Position numbers and translations under genes: made by a program. Positions 8,066-15,687 of a stretch of 21,118 bases of DNA are shown here, piece by piece. The notes under the pieces were generated by a model. The model saw only the letters and a program-made list of their open reading frames with translations. It searched no databases and was not told where the DNA came from. Each line of letters opens with the position of its first letter. Within the stretch, counting starts at the first letter, position 1. The stretch comes from Chlamydiota bacterium (lineage in GTDB: Bacteria; Auribacterota; Tritonobacteria; UBA1439): contig JBAXOY010000048.1 in the NCBI GenBank assembly GCA_037133055.1, positions 1 to 21,118 of the forward strand. Reading direction: 5' to 3'.

Positions 8066-9132
8066 GGCGAAAGGTATCCTCTCAGCCTCCGCTCGAGGGC
8101 GGCGGGGTCGAACGCCGCGAGCCGCTCCCTCTGCCGGGCGATCACCCCGGCGCGCAGCGGCCCGTCGGCGAGCAGGGCCGCCATCATCTCTGCGATCCTC
8201 GGGTAATCTTTTTCGCGGACCATGACGCCGCTCCCGCCGAGCGTCTCAGGGACGGCGCCCGCGGCGTAGGCGAGAACCGGGACGCCGGCCGCCATGGCCT
8301 CGAGGAGGGGGATGCAGAACCCCTCGTGTTCGCTCATGCAGAGGAACAGGTCGGCGGCGCGGTAGTATGCGGCGAGCTGGTCCTGCCGGACGTGGTTGGT
8401 GAACAGGACGTCGTCGAGCCGGAGCTCGCGGGCCATGTTCTTCAGGAAGGCGAGGTAGCGCTCGAGGCCCATGTACGAGCCGACGAGCAGGAGGCGCGCC
8501 TCTGCGCCGACGAAGCGGCGGCAGGCGTGGAAGCATCTGAGGAGGTCCTCGTAGCGCTTGTTGGGGACGATCCTCCCGACGAAAAGGATGTTCTTCTTCC
8601 CGTCGTGGAGGCGGCGGACGACGCTCTCGTCGGGCTTCACCCCGGAGAGCTCCGCCCCGAGGATGATCGGCATCACCTCGACCCTCTTGAACCCCGCCTC
8701 CTTCAGCTCCGCGGCGTTGAATGAGGAGTCGGCGAGGGACAGGTCGGGCACCCCGGCGAGCAACGCGAGCTCGCGGCGCCCCTGGTCGAGGAGGAGCTCC
8801 CGATCGTCGTAGAGGGCGTGGAAGTAGCGGCCCGGGGTGATGTTGTGGTAGACGAGCACCCGCGGGGCGGGCAGGCCCCTGAAATAGTCCACCGTTTCCG
8901 AGCCGATGGAGAAGTGGAATAACATGAGGTCGCCCGGTTTCGCCCGGGCGCGGTGCGCGGCGAGGTCGCGCGCCCTGCCGCGCATGCGGGGGGAGATGTG
9001 GCGGAGGGGGCAGAAGATCTCTGACTCGTGTCCCCACGCGCGGAAGATCGCCTGGAGGGCGAGCGCGTAATTGCTGATCGCGTCCCCCTCGACGAACCCT
9101 GCGACGATCTGGTGAACCGCGGCGTCAGGCAT
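8056..9132 (-). CDS. Glycosyltransferase family 4 (GT-B), paralog A
   Basis: Start moved to ATG 9132 (MPDAAVHQ; GAGGGG upstream). GDAISN, YHNITP, LFVGRIVPNKR, SEHEGFCIPLLEAM (E-x7-E); 358 aa. Confidence 0.92.
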   Translation of the reverse strand: MPDAAVHQIVAGFVEGDAISNYALALQAIFRAWGHESEIFCPLRHISPRMRGRARDLAAHRARAKPGDLMLFHFSIGSETVDYFRGLPAPRVLVYHNITPGRYFHALYDDRELLLDQGRRELALLAGVPDLSLADSSFNAAELKEAGFKRVEVMPIILGAELSGVKPDESVVRRLHDGKKNILFVGRIVPNKRYEDLLRCFHACRRFVGAEARLLLVGSYMGLERYLAFLKNMARELRLDDVLFTNHVRQDQLAAYYRAADLFLCMSEHEGFCIPLLEAMAAGVPVLAYAAGAVPETLGGSGVMVREKDYPRIAEMMAALLADGPLRAGVIARQRERLAAFDPAALERRLRGYLSPWL

Positions 9133-9140
9133 GGCCCCCT

Positions 9141-11591
9141 CTACAGATCGGTCCTGATGACAACCCGCTTCATGAATACCCCGCTCTCCGACCGCAGCTC
9201 GATCCGCGCGCGTTTTTCCCCCGGGAGGAGGCCGGCGGGGAACGGGAGCGCGTAGTCCCGCATGGAGACGGCGGCGTCGAAACCGCCGACGTTCCTTCCC
9301 CCGACCGACACCTCGACCCGCGTCGCGTTCGCGCGCCCCGCCGCGGCCGAGATGATGATCTCCCCGCCGCCGGCGCCGCCGGCCCAGGGTAGTATAAGTG
9401 CTGCGCGCGCCTTTGTCCATCGGCCCACGGTCCCGTCCGGGCCGGCGCGCCGGGGACCCGAGAATCCGTCCTCGATGCCGAAGCAGTGGTAGCCGATGTC
9501 ATACCGGGTCTCGCGCGCGGGCGGCATGTTGGAGAGCGGGAGAGCCTCGAGCACCCGGACGACGACCGTCACGGGAACGCCTCCCCGCGGCATCTCGCCG
9601 TGCCCGAGGGGTAGGACGGAGGTCGGGAACGAGACCATCGCCTTCTCCGTGAACGCCAGGTTCTTCCCGGTGAATGCGGGGCCGGAGGTCACGTAGGCCA
9701 CGCGCTTTCCCTGCGCGAGCCATCGTTCGATGAGCGTCTCGGCACGGTCGCATTTCGCGGCGGTCTGCTCCGTGTCCTTGAAGAGGAGGACGTTGCGCCG
9801 GCAGAGGAAGTCGAGCGGGACGGCGAGTTTGGTCTGCTCGGCGAGGAGGATGTCGTAGCCCTCCGTCGCCGCGGCGAGGCGGGGGAGGAAATCCGCGGCT
9901 TTAGGATAATCGCGCGCGGTGAGGAGGAACGGGAACTCCATCAGGGGGGAGAGCGCGAGGAGGGCGAGGCCCGCGACGGGAATGGCGCGCCATCTCCGCG
10001 TGACGAGGCGCGCGACCTCGGCGGCGAAGCAGCCGGAGAAGACGTACAGGGCGGGAACGGCGACGGGGAGGAATCGTCGCGCAGACCACGGGTAAAGCCC
10101 GCGTTCGCCCATGAGCGAAACGGAAAAGACCGCCAGCGCGCCGACGGCCGCGCACCAGGGGAGGCCCTTGTCCGAACGCACGCCGCCGCACCACACATAG
10201 GCGAGCGCGGCGATCCCCCAGCAGAGGAGGCCGGTTCCCATGATCCCTCCGAACCGGGCGAGGTTCCCCGTCCCGCGGGAGAAGAAAAAGGCGGCGGCGA
10301 GGGCCGCGGCCCCGGTGATGCAGCGCGCCGGGAGGGGGAGACGCGCGGGTGTGAACGCGCGGACACCGGCCTTCCTGAGAACCGGGACCATCGCGATCGA
10401 GGCGAGAAGTCCGGCGGGGATCATGATCGCGCCCCTTCCGCGCAGCGGGGCGGGGAGATTCGCGAGGATCGCCGCGGCATACGGCCTGTCCCACCAGATC
10501 ATGTGGGCCGACAGATGGGCGAGTGCGGCGAGGAGCACGAGCAGGAAGGCGCCCTCGCCCTCTTTTCTTTCCGTCGCGAGCAGCGCGATCGAGGCAAGCG
10601 GGAGGATCAGGAGCGTATCGAACTTCGCAAGGAACATCATCCCCATGCACGCGGCGGAGAACGGCGCATAGATTCGTCCGCGCCCCTGCCGCCAGAGGAC
10701 CCAGAAGAGGACCGCAGCGAGGAAGAAGAGCTGGGCGAGGGGCTCGGCGCACTGGGACCGGGAGAACCAGAGCTCGATCCCGCTCGAGGCCATCAGCGCC
10801 GCCGAGGCGAACGCCGCCGTGCGTCCGCCCAGGGCGAGCGTGATGCGCCAGCAGAGCGCAATCGAGACAAGGGAGAAAAGAATATTGAGCGAGAGCGCGA
10901 GGCGGAGCCCGGAGAGCTTTATCGCGAGGGCGAGCCAGAGAGGGTAGAGGTGCATGAACTTCGGGCTCACGACCGCGCCATCGAGGCCCGTGAGGTTGAA
11001 GCCCATGTAGCGTCGCCCGCCATCGGTGAAGAGCGCTCTCTCCGGCGCGGGGACCGAGGCGAAGAAGTCGTCGCGGTAGACGATGCGGCCCTTCTCCGCG
11101 AAGGAGGCGCCCATGGCGACGTACTCGCCGGAATCCCAGCCGCCGAAAATATATTCGGACGGTCCCGCCCACAGGCACGCCGCGGCGAACGCGCAAAGGA
11201 CGAGGGCGAGGGGCCAGACAGGGCAGCCCGGTCCGGGGTCTTCATTCTCTCCCTTTTCGTAGGGGAGCCTTAAGGCCCCCCTAGGGGGACGTGTGGTGCG
11301 GCCTCTCAAGGTCGGACGGAATATCACGAGGACCAGGACCGAAAACACCCCCAGCGCGACGAGGAGATTGGCGGGGGAGAACCTCCCGCACTCGAGGAGC
11401 GCGAGCCCCGCCCACGAGCTCGCGGCGATGCTCGCGACGACCGCCTGGAGCCAGCCACGCCGGGCGCGGCGCGCGGCGGGCGGGGCGCCGCCGCGGGAAG
11501 CCCGGAGGATCAGGTAGCCGGGGATTAGGAGGAGGATCGGGAGGAAGATGAGGAGTTTCATCGATCCCGGCATGGTTGACATCCTGTTCAT
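9141..11591 (-). CDS. Polytopic membrane protein, GT-C (ArnT/PMT-like) glycosyltransferase candidate, paralog B
   Basis: Up to 816 aa (start could be 11573 or 11561). WDSGEY, SPKFMHLYPLW, RSQCAE, WSARRFLP, C-terminal GRWT beta domain; colinear with 5555-8065. Confidence 0.75.
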   Translation of the reverse strand: MNRMSTMPGSMKLLIFLPILLLIPGYLILRASRGGAPPAARRARRGWLQAVVASIAASSWAGLALLECGRFSPANLLVALGVFSVLVLVIFRPTLRGRTTRPPRGALRLPYEKGENEDPGPGCPVWPLALVLCAFAAACLWAGPSEYIFGGWDSGEYVAMGASFAEKGRIVYRDDFFASVPAPERALFTDGGRRYMGFNLTGLDGAVVSPKFMHLYPLWLALAIKLSGLRLALSLNILFSLVSIALCWRITLALGGRTAAFASAALMASSGIELWFSRSQCAEPLAQLFFLAAVLFWVLWRQGRGRIYAPFSAACMGMMFLAKFDTLLILPLASIALLATERKEGEGAFLLVLLAALAHLSAHMIWWDRPYAAAILANLPAPLRGRGAIMIPAGLLASIAMVPVLRKAGVRAFTPARLPLPARCITGAAALAAAFFFSRGTGNLARFGGIMGTGLLCWGIAALAYVWCGGVRSDKGLPWCAAVGALAVFSVSLMGERGLYPWSARRFLPVAVPALYVFSGCFAAEVARLVTRRWRAIPVAGLALLALSPLMEFPFLLTARDYPKAADFLPRLAAATEGYDILLAEQTKLAVPLDFLCRRNVLLFKDTEQTAAKCDRAETLIERWLAQGKRVAYVTSGPAFTGKNLAFTEKAMVSFPTSVLPLGHGEMPRGGVPVTVVVRVLEALPLSNMPPARETRYDIGYHCFGIEDGFSGPRRAGPDGTVGRWTKARAALILPWAGGAGGGEIIISAAAGRANATRVEVSVGGRNVGGFDAAVSMRDYALPFPAGLLPGEKRARIELRSESGVFMKRVVIRTDL
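11259..11288. repeat. GTAG-type REP-like palindrome inside a coding region
   Basis: G-TAGGGGAGCCT-TA-AGGCCCCCCTA (one mismatch), with an overlapping CCCCCTAGGGGG. Its reverse complement is 20/23 identical to 15631-15653. Confidence 0.7.
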
Positions 11592-11593
11592 AC

Positions 11594-11637
11594 GCCGTAG
11601 GGCACACTATAGGGCACACTTAAGTGTGCCCTATGGC
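11594..11637. repeat. REP-like perfect 26-bp palindrome with a duplicated left arm
   Basis: ATAGGGCACACTTAAGTGTGCCCTAT (11609-11634) is a perfect palindrome. TAGGGCACACT is directly repeated at 11598-11608 and 11610-11620. Confidence 0.85.
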
Positions 11638-11646
11638 TGTGGATAA
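11638..11646 (-). promoter_or_regulatory. Single consensus DnaA box (TTATCCACA)
   Basis: The plus strand reads TGTGGATAA at 11638-11646. It is an exact 9-mer match but an isolated one. Confidence 0.3.
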
Positions 11647-11681
11647 CTCTGATATTCGCCGCACGGTGGCATGGGAGAGCG

Positions 11682-12752
11682 TTACCGCAGCCATGGCCCG
11701 AGCAGCCCCTTGAACCGCTCCTCAACTGTATCACGGGAAAACGCCGCGACGCGCGGGAGCTGCTTTTCGACAATCGCGTCGCGGAGGGCCGTGTCCGAGA
11801 CCAGGTTCCCGATGAGCTCCGCGATCGCGGCGAAATCCTTCTCCCTCACGAGGACGCCCGCCCCCGCGAGCGTCTCCGGGACGGCCGCGGCGGCGTACGC
11901 GACGACCGGGACGCGGAAGTGCATCGCCTCGATCAGCGGGATGCAGAACCCCTCGTGCTCGCTCATCGACAGGAAGACCGACGCGGTGCGGTAGAGGGCG
12001 AAGAGCTCGGGGTCGGTGACATGGTTGAGAAAGACCACGTCGGGGAGGTCGAGGACCGTGACGAGGGCGCGCAGGGAGGAGGTGTAGCGGTCCATCCCGG
12101 TCATCGAGCCGGCGACGATGAGGCGCGAGTTCGCGTTGACCGTGTTACGGAAATAAAAATAGATCCTGAGCAGGTCCTCGACGCGCTTGTTGGGGACCAC
12201 CCTGCCGACGAAGAGGAGGTTCGCCGTTCCGTCCCCGAACCGCTTTATGAAGGCGGGGTCGGGCGCGGCGGAGAGCTTCGCGGTGTCGGCGATGAGCGGG
12301 AGCGCGCCGGTGGGGGAGAAGCCGAACTCCTCGAGCTCGCGCCGGTTGTAGTCGGAAACGCCGAGCGAAAGGTCGGGCACCCCGGCGAGCGACTTCAGCT
12401 CCTGCCGCCCCTCCCAGAGGGCGCGCATCTTCTCCTCGTGGACGCCGCGGAACCACTCGTGCGGGGTGATGTTGTGGTACACGAGGACCCTTCGCGTGCG
12501 GAGGCCCCGGAAGAAATCCGAGAGGGGCGAGCCGACCGAGTAGTGGTAGAGGGTGATGTCGGACGGGCCGCCGGGGGAGGGGCAGCGGCGGTAATCCTCG
12601 CAGAAGCGCTCGACCGCGGGGTGGACGTGGCGCGGCTCGCAGTAGATGGTGGATTCCATGCCCCATCCCCCGGCGATCTCCCGGAGCGCGAGGGCGAAGG
12701 TGCTGATCGCGTCGCCGCTGCCGAATCCCGGAAGGAGCTGGTTGATCTTCAT
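11682..12752 (-). CDS. Glycosyltransferase family 4 (GT-B), paralog B
   Basis: 356 aa. GDAIST, YHNITP, LFVGRVVPNKR, SEHEGFCIPLIEAM. Confidence 0.92.
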   Translation of the reverse strand: MKINQLLPGFGSGDAISTFALALREIAGGWGMESTIYCEPRHVHPAVERFCEDYRRCPSPGGPSDITLYHYSVGSPLSDFFRGLRTRRVLVYHNITPHEWFRGVHEEKMRALWEGRQELKSLAGVPDLSLGVSDYNRRELEEFGFSPTGALPLIADTAKLSAAPDPAFIKRFGDGTANLLFVGRVVPNKRVEDLLRIYFYFRNTVNANSRLIVAGSMTGMDRYTSSLRALVTVLDLPDVVFLNHVTDPELFALYRTASVFLSMSEHEGFCIPLIEAMHFRVPVVAYAAAAVPETLAGAGVLVREKDFAAIAELIGNLVSDTALRDAIVEKQLPRVAAFSRDTVEERFKGLLGPWLR

Positions 12753-12777
12753 GCGGCGCGCCCCTGATGGTGATTCC

Positions 12778-13887
12778 TCACGGCCGCCTTCTCCCCGTCA
12801 ACCTGTTTAAGAGATTGCCGAGGGCGTTCATCGCCGGCGCGAGCTTCGCCCGCAAGGGCTGTTGATCGTGCGCGCGGTAGAAGAGGAGGTTCGAGGTTTT
12901 TTCTCCCCTAATGGCGGCGCACACCGTGTCCGTTCGGTCGAACTCGGAACGGCATGCGCAACTGAAACCGGTGTGCAGGGCGCGGGGGTCGCCCAGGTGC
13001 TTCGCGACATCCTCCCGCTTTAGCCCTGTCTGCGTCCGGCCTATCATCTTCTCGTTGCGGTAGATGCGTGCCTCCCGGACGGGGCTTCCGGCCTCCGGAT
13101 CGTATGCCCATCCCGAGACACGGACTTCATCCCCCGAGATTTCGACCGCGTCGATGCACCCGCAGGGGAGCGTCTGGACCGTGACAGTGCGCGTTCCTTC
13201 CGCGGAAGGCCCCGCAACATAGATATCCTGGTGTTTGTTGAGTCCTTTCGGGATGTAGCAGATGATCCTTTGTATGCCGCGCTCCCTGAGGATGCCATCG
13301 ACGAAACGGTAACTCGCGAAGGATGTGCCGTAACGCGAGGGGTGAAGCAGCCGTGATTCGCTCCTTCGGACAAAGCGGAAACGGGCGCCCCCTCCGTCAG
13401 GTGTATGATCCAGGGGGTGCGTGGTAAAGATGAGGATGCCGTCTTCGGCGCATAAGTCGAGTAACGTAGTCAGCCACTGTGCGAATGACGCCTCCGGGAG
13501 ATGCGAGAACAGCGATATGCAGGTGATGACGTCGAATCTTTTGCCGATCGTCAGCGCGCGGGGATCTTCCGTCGAGACGACGCCGTTGACGCCGAAGTGC
13601 GCGGTCTGAAACCGCACGGCCTCCGGGATAATGTCCGAAACAGTGATATTCTGCAGGGCTGCGTCCCTGACGAGAAAGCGGGTCAATCGGCCGTAGCCGG
13701 AGGCAAAATCCAGTAACGATGTGTGGGCCGTGATCCGCCGGCCCGTGCCCGCGAGGATATCCCCGATATTCCGGTAGATCGTATAGCCGGACGCCAAATA
13801 TTCAGAAAAGGCCTGCGTGCGTGTCCTGCCCTTTCGAAGCAGCCATGTGAGCATTTCGTCGTGAGGATGGATACAGTGGCTATACAT
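12778..13887 (-). CDS. Class I SAM-dependent methyltransferase with a C-terminal beta-sandwich domain (surface-glycan associated)
   Basis: LLDFASGYGRLTRF (motif I), VSDI, FDVITCISLFSHL, GILIFTTH. C-terminal GCID..VSGWA...REDVAKHLG...HTGF domain. Start is ATG 13887 or TTG 13902. Confidence 0.85.
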   Translation of the reverse strand: MYSHCIHPHDEMLTWLLRKGRTRTQAFSEYLASGYTIYRNIGDILAGTGRRITAHTSLLDFASGYGRLTRFLVRDAALQNITVSDIIPEAVRFQTAHFGVNGVVSTEDPRALTIGKRFDVITCISLFSHLPEASFAQWLTTLLDLCAEDGILIFTTHPLDHTPDGGGARFRFVRRSESRLLHPSRYGTSFASYRFVDGILRERGIQRIICYIPKGLNKHQDIYVAGPSAEGTRTVTVQTLPCGCIDAVEISGDEVRVSGWAYDPEAGSPVREARIYRNEKMIGRTQTGLKREDVAKHLGDPRALHTGFSCACRSEFDRTDTVCAAIRGEKTSNLLFYRAHDQQPLRAKLAPAMNALGNLLNRLTGRRRP

Positions 13888-13931
13888 GAACACCCCGGGC
13901 AACCCGCGCCCCCGTCATGGCGGACAGGATC

Positions 13932-15122
13932 CTATATGTCGAACAGGGCGAAGGCCGCATCATAGCGTTTCATCACGGCGTTCCACGAATATTCCCTCTC
14001 CACGTAACGCCTCCCCCCCGCAGCGAGCCGCTCGCGCAGCCCGGCGTGCCCGAGCAGGTAGAGGAGCGATTCCTCGAACTCGTAATAATCCCGGAAGGCG
14101 AGTCCGCCGTTCGCTCTCGTACAGTGGTCGGATGTGACCGCGCAGCGCCCGTTCACGAGCCCCGGCGCGCCGGCGAGCCATGCCTCCATGAGGACGATGG
14201 AGAGGCTCTCGTTCACCGAAGGCTGGCAGAGCGCGAGAGAGGCGGCGTAGCCGTCGTGCTTCAGGTCTTCATCGATGTAGCCGATGTCGAGGATGTCGCC
14301 GGCGCACTCGGGCGGGATGCGCACCTCTCCCGTGCCGAGGAGCACGAGCGAGAGGGGGTGCGCCGGGTTCCCTTTCCTGAAGGTGCGGACGTACTCGATG
14401 AGGAGCGGCGTGTTCTTCCCCTGCTCCCGCCGCCCGGCGTAAAGGAGAAAGTGGGTTTTCAGCCCGAACTTCCTTCGGAACCGCTCTGGGCGATAGCGCG
14501 GGCGCGCCTCGAACCCCATCCCCGCGACCGCCGCACTCGCGTCCTCCGTGCCGAAGAGACGGGCGGCGAGTTCGCGCTCGGGGCGGCTGTTGAAGAGGAT
14601 GCCGCGCACGCGGGCGAACATCCCCCGGAATATGCCGAGGCGCGCGTACGGCTCGTCGTGCAGGCACGGGATGAGGAGAGACTTCTCCGGGGCGACGGCG
14701 CTCCCCGCCCACGTGGTGCCGAACAGGTAGGGGAGGAAGATGAAGCAGCCGAACCGGTCGCGATTCTCCCGGATGAAGTCATAGAGCGGGGCGCTGTGGA
14801 CGCTCCCGCGTATCCAGCGCTCCTCCTCTTCGGGAGCCACGGCCGTCCCGCGGGAGATCCGTTCCTGGATGGAGGCGAAGTCGTCGGCCGCGTCGCGCGG
14901 GTCGACGGGGAACCGGTGGACGGTCACGTCCCGGATCGTCTCGCGCCCGGGGCGGTAGTGGTTCGCCCACGTGAAATGGTCGCAGGCGCAGGTGGTGAGT
15001 ACGGAGACCTCGTTTCCCGAGGCCGCGAGCCGCTCGGCGACGCCCTGCGCGAGCATCTCCGCGCCCCCGGCGGACTGCACGCCGTAGCGGGGCACTACGA
15101 AGGCGATTTTTCTCGTGTTCAT
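13932..15122 (-). CDS. Glycosyltransferase family 4 (GT-B)
   Basis: 396 aa. VVPRYG..AGGAE, LHDEP, LLYAGRREQGKN, PSVNESLSIVLMEAW. Confidence 0.92.
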   Translation of the reverse strand: MNTRKIAFVVPRYGVQSAGGAEMLAQGVAERLAASGNEVSVLTTCACDHFTWANHYRPGRETIRDVTVHRFPVDPRDAADDFASIQERISRGTAVAPEEEERWIRGSVHSAPLYDFIRENRDRFGCFIFLPYLFGTTWAGSAVAPEKSLLIPCLHDEPYARLGIFRGMFARVRGILFNSRPERELAARLFGTEDASAAVAGMGFEARPRYRPERFRRKFGLKTHFLLYAGRREQGKNTPLLIEYVRTFRKGNPAHPLSLVLLGTGEVRIPPECAGDILDIGYIDEDLKHDGYAASLALCQPSVNESLSIVLMEAWLAGAPGLVNGRCAVTSDHCTRANGGLAFRDYYEFEESLLYLLGHAGLRERLAAGGRRYVEREYSWNAVMKRYDAAFALFDI

Positions 15123-15149
15123 GGGAGACCGGGGAATACCCCCGCAATA

Positions 15150-15185
15150 ATCCCCCCCGATCCCGTTTGCCCGACGGCGGGGGAT
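15150..15185. repeat. Imperfect intergenic hairpin
   Basis: ATCCCCC-CCG ... CGG-C-GGGGGAT arms. A smaller CGGGG-AATAC-CCCCG hairpin lies at 15130-15144. Confidence 0.45.
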
Positions 15186-15203
15186 GAAGGAGTCAGGTTT
15201 TCT

Positions 15204-15605
15204 TTATTTTTGGGCAGCGTCCAGTTTGCGGTTCAGGCTGACGATGGCGTTCACCATCTGGCAGTTGAATTCCTTCTGCTGGGAGAAGAGGCGGTAGGTG
15301 TAGAACTTGAGGAGCTTCCAGATGGCCTTCTTGAGGAAGACCGCAGGCGCGCCGAGGATCCCCCCCTTCGAATAGATCGGGAAGTCGCCGATGTCGATGT
15401 CCCAGGTCTGCTGGATGACCTTCAGGGAATACTCGAGGAAATCGGCCTCGCTTTTGACGCCGCTCAGCTCGAGGGCCGCGACGCGGGAGAGGTCGTACCG
15501 GTCGTAGACCCCGGCCTCTTTCTTGCGGGCGACGCGATCCTCGATCTCGCGCTGAATCGCCGCGACGTCCACGCCGTCGGCGCCGATCTGGAATATGTCG
15601 GTCAT
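15204..15605 (-). CDS. Small helical hypothetical protein downstream of wzt
   Basis: ATG 15605 with AAGGAG SD at 15615-15620; 133 aa. VDVAAIQREIEDRVARKK, then the amphipathic basic helix ILGAPAVFLKKAIWKLLKFY, then QQKEFN..V...L. Confidence 0.8.
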   Translation of the reverse strand: MTDIFQIGADGVDVAAIQREIEDRVARKKEAGVYDRYDLSRVAALELSGVKSEADFLEYSLKVIQQTWDIDIGDFPIYSKGGILGAPAVFLKKAIWKLLKFYTYRLFSQQKEFNCQMVNAIVSLNRKLDAAQK

Positions 15606-15623
15606 GGCATCAGGCTCCTTTGG

Positions 15624-15655
15624 CTGCAGCGGGGGGCCTGAAGGCCCCCCTGCAG
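15624..15655. repeat. REP-like palindrome in the spacer downstream of wzt
   Basis: CTGCA-GC-GGGGGGCCT-GA-AGGCCCCCC-TGCAG; related to 11259-11283. Confidence 0.75.
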
Positions 15656-15687
15656 GAATTATAACTATCAGCCCGAGAAACAGACGG

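Noticed and set aside
11592..11681. Replication origin
   Set aside because: There is only one DnaA box, no AT-rich unwinding element and no dnaA or rep gene, and the site lies inside an operon.
11588..11773. 61-aa minus-strand ORF spanning the palindrome
   Set aside because: It overlaps the GT4 3' end in another frame, and its SVPYSVPY repeat just reflects the DNA duplication.
15658..15663. Minus-strand TATAAT as an internal promoter
   Set aside because: There is no -35 at 17 bp and no TGn extension. It is possible but unsupported.
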